Source of the DNA: Schizochytrium sp. TIO01
Taxonomy: Eukaryota > Protista > Bigyra: Labyrinthulomycetes
Direction of reading: 5' to 3'
Assembly (NCBI GenBank): GCA_004764695.1
Contig: SMSO01000031.1
Coordinates: forward strand, 8,290,761-8,354,760
Length of the DNA: 64,000 nucleotides
Part shown: one piece after another, positions 60,229-64,000 of the stretch
Position numbering within the stretch: position 1 is the first letter of the stretch
Layout: the number at the start of each line of letters is the position of its first letter
Position numbers and translations under genes: made by a program
Notes under the pieces: model-generated
Told to the model about the DNA's origin: nothing
The model's database searches: none
The model's input: only the letters and a program-made list of their open reading frames with translations

Positions 60229-60864
60229 TGTCGCGAGGACTGTTGCTCGGTTCTTATATGCAGGTCTTATATTAGGTGGGAACACGGGTAAGCGTTTCCC
60301 ACAGTAGAGGGAAAAGGGAAAGAAAAACAGAAGAGATGGGAATCGAACTCAAGACGTAAGAGACCTTTTAATTATTTTAACCAAAAGGTGGTCTTAGCAC
60401 TAAGCCGAATATTGTTGCTTCGCTGTACCTTATATAGATAATAGCTCCCAACAATACACCCCTTACGAACGTGAGAAACGATTTGTTCTTTTCTGTGAAA
60501 GTTGAAGTTTATTAGTACGTACCACTGGAGCTATGACTGTGAATGTCCAGCTGGCGGACACCCCTGACTGTGAGGGGGGTACGACTAAGCTTTTCACTGC
60601 TCTACCCCAGAGTGCAAGCACTTTGGGCCCATAACCTGTCGCGAGGACTGTTGCTCGGTTCTTATATGCAGGTCTTATATTAGGTGGGAACACGGGTAAG
60701 CGTTTCCCACAGTAGAGGGAAAAGGGAAAGAAAAACAGAAGAGATGGGAATCGAACTCAAGACGTAAGAGACCTTTTAATTATTTTAACCAAAAGGTGGT
60801 CTTAGCACTAAGCCGAATATTGTTGCTTCGCTGTACCTTATATAGATAATAGCTCCCAACAATA
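60229..60864 (-). mobile_element. TRIM-2 miniature copia-type LTR retroelement (636 bp)
   Basis: 228-bp near-identical LTRs 60229-60456 and 60637-60864, TSD GGAAG, minus-strand PBS GGTTATGGGCCCA, short PPT AAGGGG. Confidence 0.9.
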
Positions 60865-62078
60865 GGAAGGAACTGGGTTTAGTAGTGTTTTAACTCTATG
60901 AGAAGAGTAAATAGAACTTTTATAGAAGAACCAATCGATAGAAAATTCATTGCTGAGATGCCCGCATTTGATTTATGATTGAAAATCTTTTTTCAAGTTT
61001 GAGTAAAGAAGCTCCAAGTTGATACTCTATTTATTAGCAGGATAAAGGGTAAATTGAATAGTATAAGATTCAATATCTCAACAATGAGATAATATATTAA
61101 TCATCGAGTGGTACCATTGGGAAGCTGTTTGAATTTACAACAGGGTAGATGTGTTTTCTCAGAGAAAATACTTTTAATATATAGTTTTACTGACCTTTGA
61201 AAGTTTAATTTTGGTCTCTCATATTATTCAAAAAGGAAAGAACCAGGTTTAGTAGTGTTCTAACTTTATCAATAGAATAGACAGAGCTTTACTACAAGCA
61301 CCATTCGATAGTTCATGAATTGTTAAGATGCGTGTATTTGATTTATGAGAAAAACCTCTTCTTGCAAGCTTGAGAAAAAAAGTTCCAAGTTGTCACTCTA
61401 TTTGTGAGCAGGATAAAGAATAAATTGATTGATATAAGATTCATTATCTCAACAATGAAGCAATGTTTTAATCATTGAGTGGTACCATTGCAAAGCTGGA
61501 AACATTTACAACAGGGTAGATGTGTTTTCTCAGAAACAATTCTTCTAATATAGAGTTTTACTGACCTTTGAAAGTTTAATTTTGGTCTCTCATATTATTC
61601 AAAAAGGAAAGAACCAGGTTTAGTAGTGTTCTAACTTTATCAATAGAATAGACAGAGCTTTACTACAAGCACCATTCGATAGCTCATGAATTGTTAAGAT
61701 GCGTGTATTCAATTTATGAGAAAAAACATACTTGCAAGCTTGAGAAAAGAAGCTCCACGTTGTCACTCTATTTGTAAGTAGGATAAAGAATAAATTGATT
61801 AGTATAATGTTCATTTTCTCAACAATGAGATAATATATTAATCATTGAGTGGTACCATTGGAAAGCTTGAAATATTTACAACCGGGTAGATGTGTTCGTT
61901 AAAAAAAAATAAAATTATGGTTTTGTTTTTATTAACTTTTGAAAGTTATTTCTTAGTTTCTCATATTATTCATAACCAGAAAAGGGAAACTTTGTAGTGT
62001 CATCACTCTATCAATCAAATAGTTAGTACTTTTCTACAAGCACCACTAGAATGCTTAACAACTCATCGACGATCAACG

Positions 62079-62442
62079 TGTCAAGAGATAATCTATATAT
62101 GGGACCGGGGTATACTAGGTATTGACGAGTGGTCATTAGTCACGCCTTTTTATAGCCCCTTAACAGATTAAGAGTCAAATAGCTTAAACTCTAGGAGATA
62201 GAGTTGCCGTATGTTGGTCCCGGGTTCGATCCCCCCATGATGTAAGTGCCTGGAAAAAGAAGGACTTACTGGGGGGTAGGGGAGTCCTATTCCTGCTGGG
62301 ATGTCGAATCAGTCTCTAACCGAAATATGAACCTTTCGCCCAGAGAATGGGGGGGTGTCAAGAGATAATCTATATATGGGACCGGGGTATACTAGGTATT
62401 GACGAGTGGTCATTAGTCACGCCTTTTTATAGCCCCTTAACA
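62079..62442 (+). mobile_element. TRIM-1 second copy
   Basis: LTRs 62079-62165 and 62356-62442; near-identical to 59776-60142; no TSD. Confidence 0.88.
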
Positions 62443-62634
62443 TTATGGTGAGAGAATAGTTTTACAAATTAGACATAAGTACTTCCATCATATTATATGC
62501 TATTCTTACTGAAGTCTCCCATATCCACGAATGTCAGCAGGCGCATAAAAACTTTTTATTTTTTAAAAGAAAATATTTTCAATTCTTCTTAAAATATTTT
62601 TGGTAAAACCATTGATAAATATAATGTATAATAG

Positions 62635-63031
62635 TAGGTTAGGTTAGGTAAGGTTAGGTAAGGTTAGGTAAGGTTAGGTAAGGTTAGGTAAGGTTAGGTA
62701 AGGTTAGGTAAGGTTAGGTAAGGTTAGGTAAGGTTAGGTAAGGTTAGGTAAGGTTAGGTTAGGTTAGGTTAGGTTAGGTTAGGTTAGGTTAGGTTAGGTT
62801 AGGTTAGGTTAGTTAGGTTAGGTTAGGTTAGGTTAGGTTAGGTTAGGTTAGGTTAGGTTAGGTTAGGTTAGGTTAGGTTAGGTTAGGTTAGGTTAGGTTA
62901 GGTTAGGTTAGGTTAGGTTAGGTTAGGTTAGGTTAGGTTAGGTTAGGTAGGTTAGGTTAGGTTAGGTTAGGTTAGGTTAGGTTTGCTTGGTTAGGTTAGG
63001 TTTAGGTTAGGTTAGGTTAGGTTAGGTTAGG
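62635..63031 (+). repeat. Telomere: (TTAGGTAAGG)n proximal block, then (TTAGG)n
   Basis: Directly visible. Confidence 0.97.
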
Positions 63032-63032
63032 N

Positions 63033-64000
63033 TAACTAACCTAACCTAACCTAACTACCTAACCTAACCTACTAACCTAACCTAACCTAAACCCTAACCT
63101 ACCTAACTATAACCTAACCTAACTCCCTAACCTAAACCTAACCTAACCTAACCTAACCTAACCTACCTAACTAACCTAACCTAACCTACCTAACCTAACC
63201 TAACCTAACCTAACCTAACCTAACCTAAACCTAACCCTAACCTAACTAAACCTAACCTAACTAACCTACCCTAACCTTACCTAACCTAACCTAAACCTAA
63301 CCTTACCTAACCTACCTAACCTACCTTAACCTTAACCCTAACCCTAACCTAAACCTTACCTAACCTTACCTAACCTTACCTAACCTTACCCCTAACCTTA
63401 CCCTAACCTTACCCTAACCTTACCTCACTTACCTTAACTTACCTAACCTTACCTAACCTTACCGTAACCTTACCTACTTTATACATTATATTTATCATGG
63501 TTTTACCAAAAAAATTATTTGAAGAAATTGAAAATATTTCTTTAAAAAATAAAAGCTTTTATGCGCCTGCTGACATTCGTGGATATGGGAGACTTCAATA
63601 AGAATAGCATATAATATGATGGAAGTATTTATGTCTAATTTGTAAAACTATTCTCTCACCATAATTCAACGTTGATCGTCGATGAGTTGTGAAGCATTCT
63701 AGTGGTGCTTGTAGAAAAGTACTAACTATTTGATTGATAGAGTGATGACACTACAAAGTTTCCCTTTTCTGGTGATGAGTAATATGAGAAACTAAGAAAT
63801 AACTTTCAAAAGTTAATAAAAACAAAACCATAATTTTTTTTTTTTTGAACGAACACATCTACCCGGTTGTAAATGTTTCAAGCTTTCCAATGGTACCACT
63901 GGATGATTAATATATTATCTCATTGTTGAGAAAATGAATATTATACTCATCAATTTATTCTTTATCCTGCTCACAAATAGTGACAACTTGGAGCTTCTTT
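63033..64000 (-). repeat. Inverted telomere (CCTAA)n to about 63477 plus subtelomere of another chromosome end, joined at N (63032)
   Basis: Reverse complement of the ~61750-63030 region, but without TRIM-1 and with substitutions. Confidence 0.9.

Larger units (their letters stand above)
56870..62070. repeat. Subtelomeric satellite B, ~360-372-bp unit, about 12 diverged copies, interrupted by TRIMs
   Basis: ggtacc(g/a)ttggaaagct recurs near 57140, 57500, 57870, 58240, 58612, 58985, 59356, 59726, 61110, 61480, 61850. Confidence 0.93.

Noticed and set aside
54871-61814. ORFs or LRR-like exons in satellites A and B
   Set aside because: Frames not conserved between units; no consistent splice signals.

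Overview
Eukaryotic subtelomere. The 18S sequence, TTAGG telomere and single telomere-facing rDNA unit point to a thraustochytrid (Aurantiochytrium-like); this is by recognition, not a database search. From left to right: (1) 0-20 kb is gene-poor, with a GH30 glucosylceramidase, a duplicated GT32 glycosyltransferase (second copy frameshifted) and solo LTRs. (2) WDR83/MORG1 follows. (3) 20.7-30 kb is a compact, intronless, partly decayed virus/effector-like island: PrimPol-type AEP, antirepressor-like gene, Crinkler-like HNH, REase-kinase, Fic and an acidic orphan. (4) A 5S rRNA gene lies head-to-head with a gene the ORF track mostly misses. Its ~385-bp 'satellite' (32.2-38.5 kb) is 16 intron+exon cassettes, each with an 84-nt exon encoding one 28-aa LRR, and these splice in frame to a ROC-COR-TIR exon (1328 aa). 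The cassettes are near-identical except at predicted ligand-contact LRR codons and show signs of shuffling, so this is a candidate diversifying immune-receptor system. (5) A truncated 5S is followed by a second, older 13-exon LRR-only gene. (6) One 18S-5.8S-28S unit. (7) Two subtelomeric satellites carry miniature LTR retroelements with half-tRNA primer sites. (8) A TTAGG telomere is joined at an N to a different chromosome end in inverted orientation.
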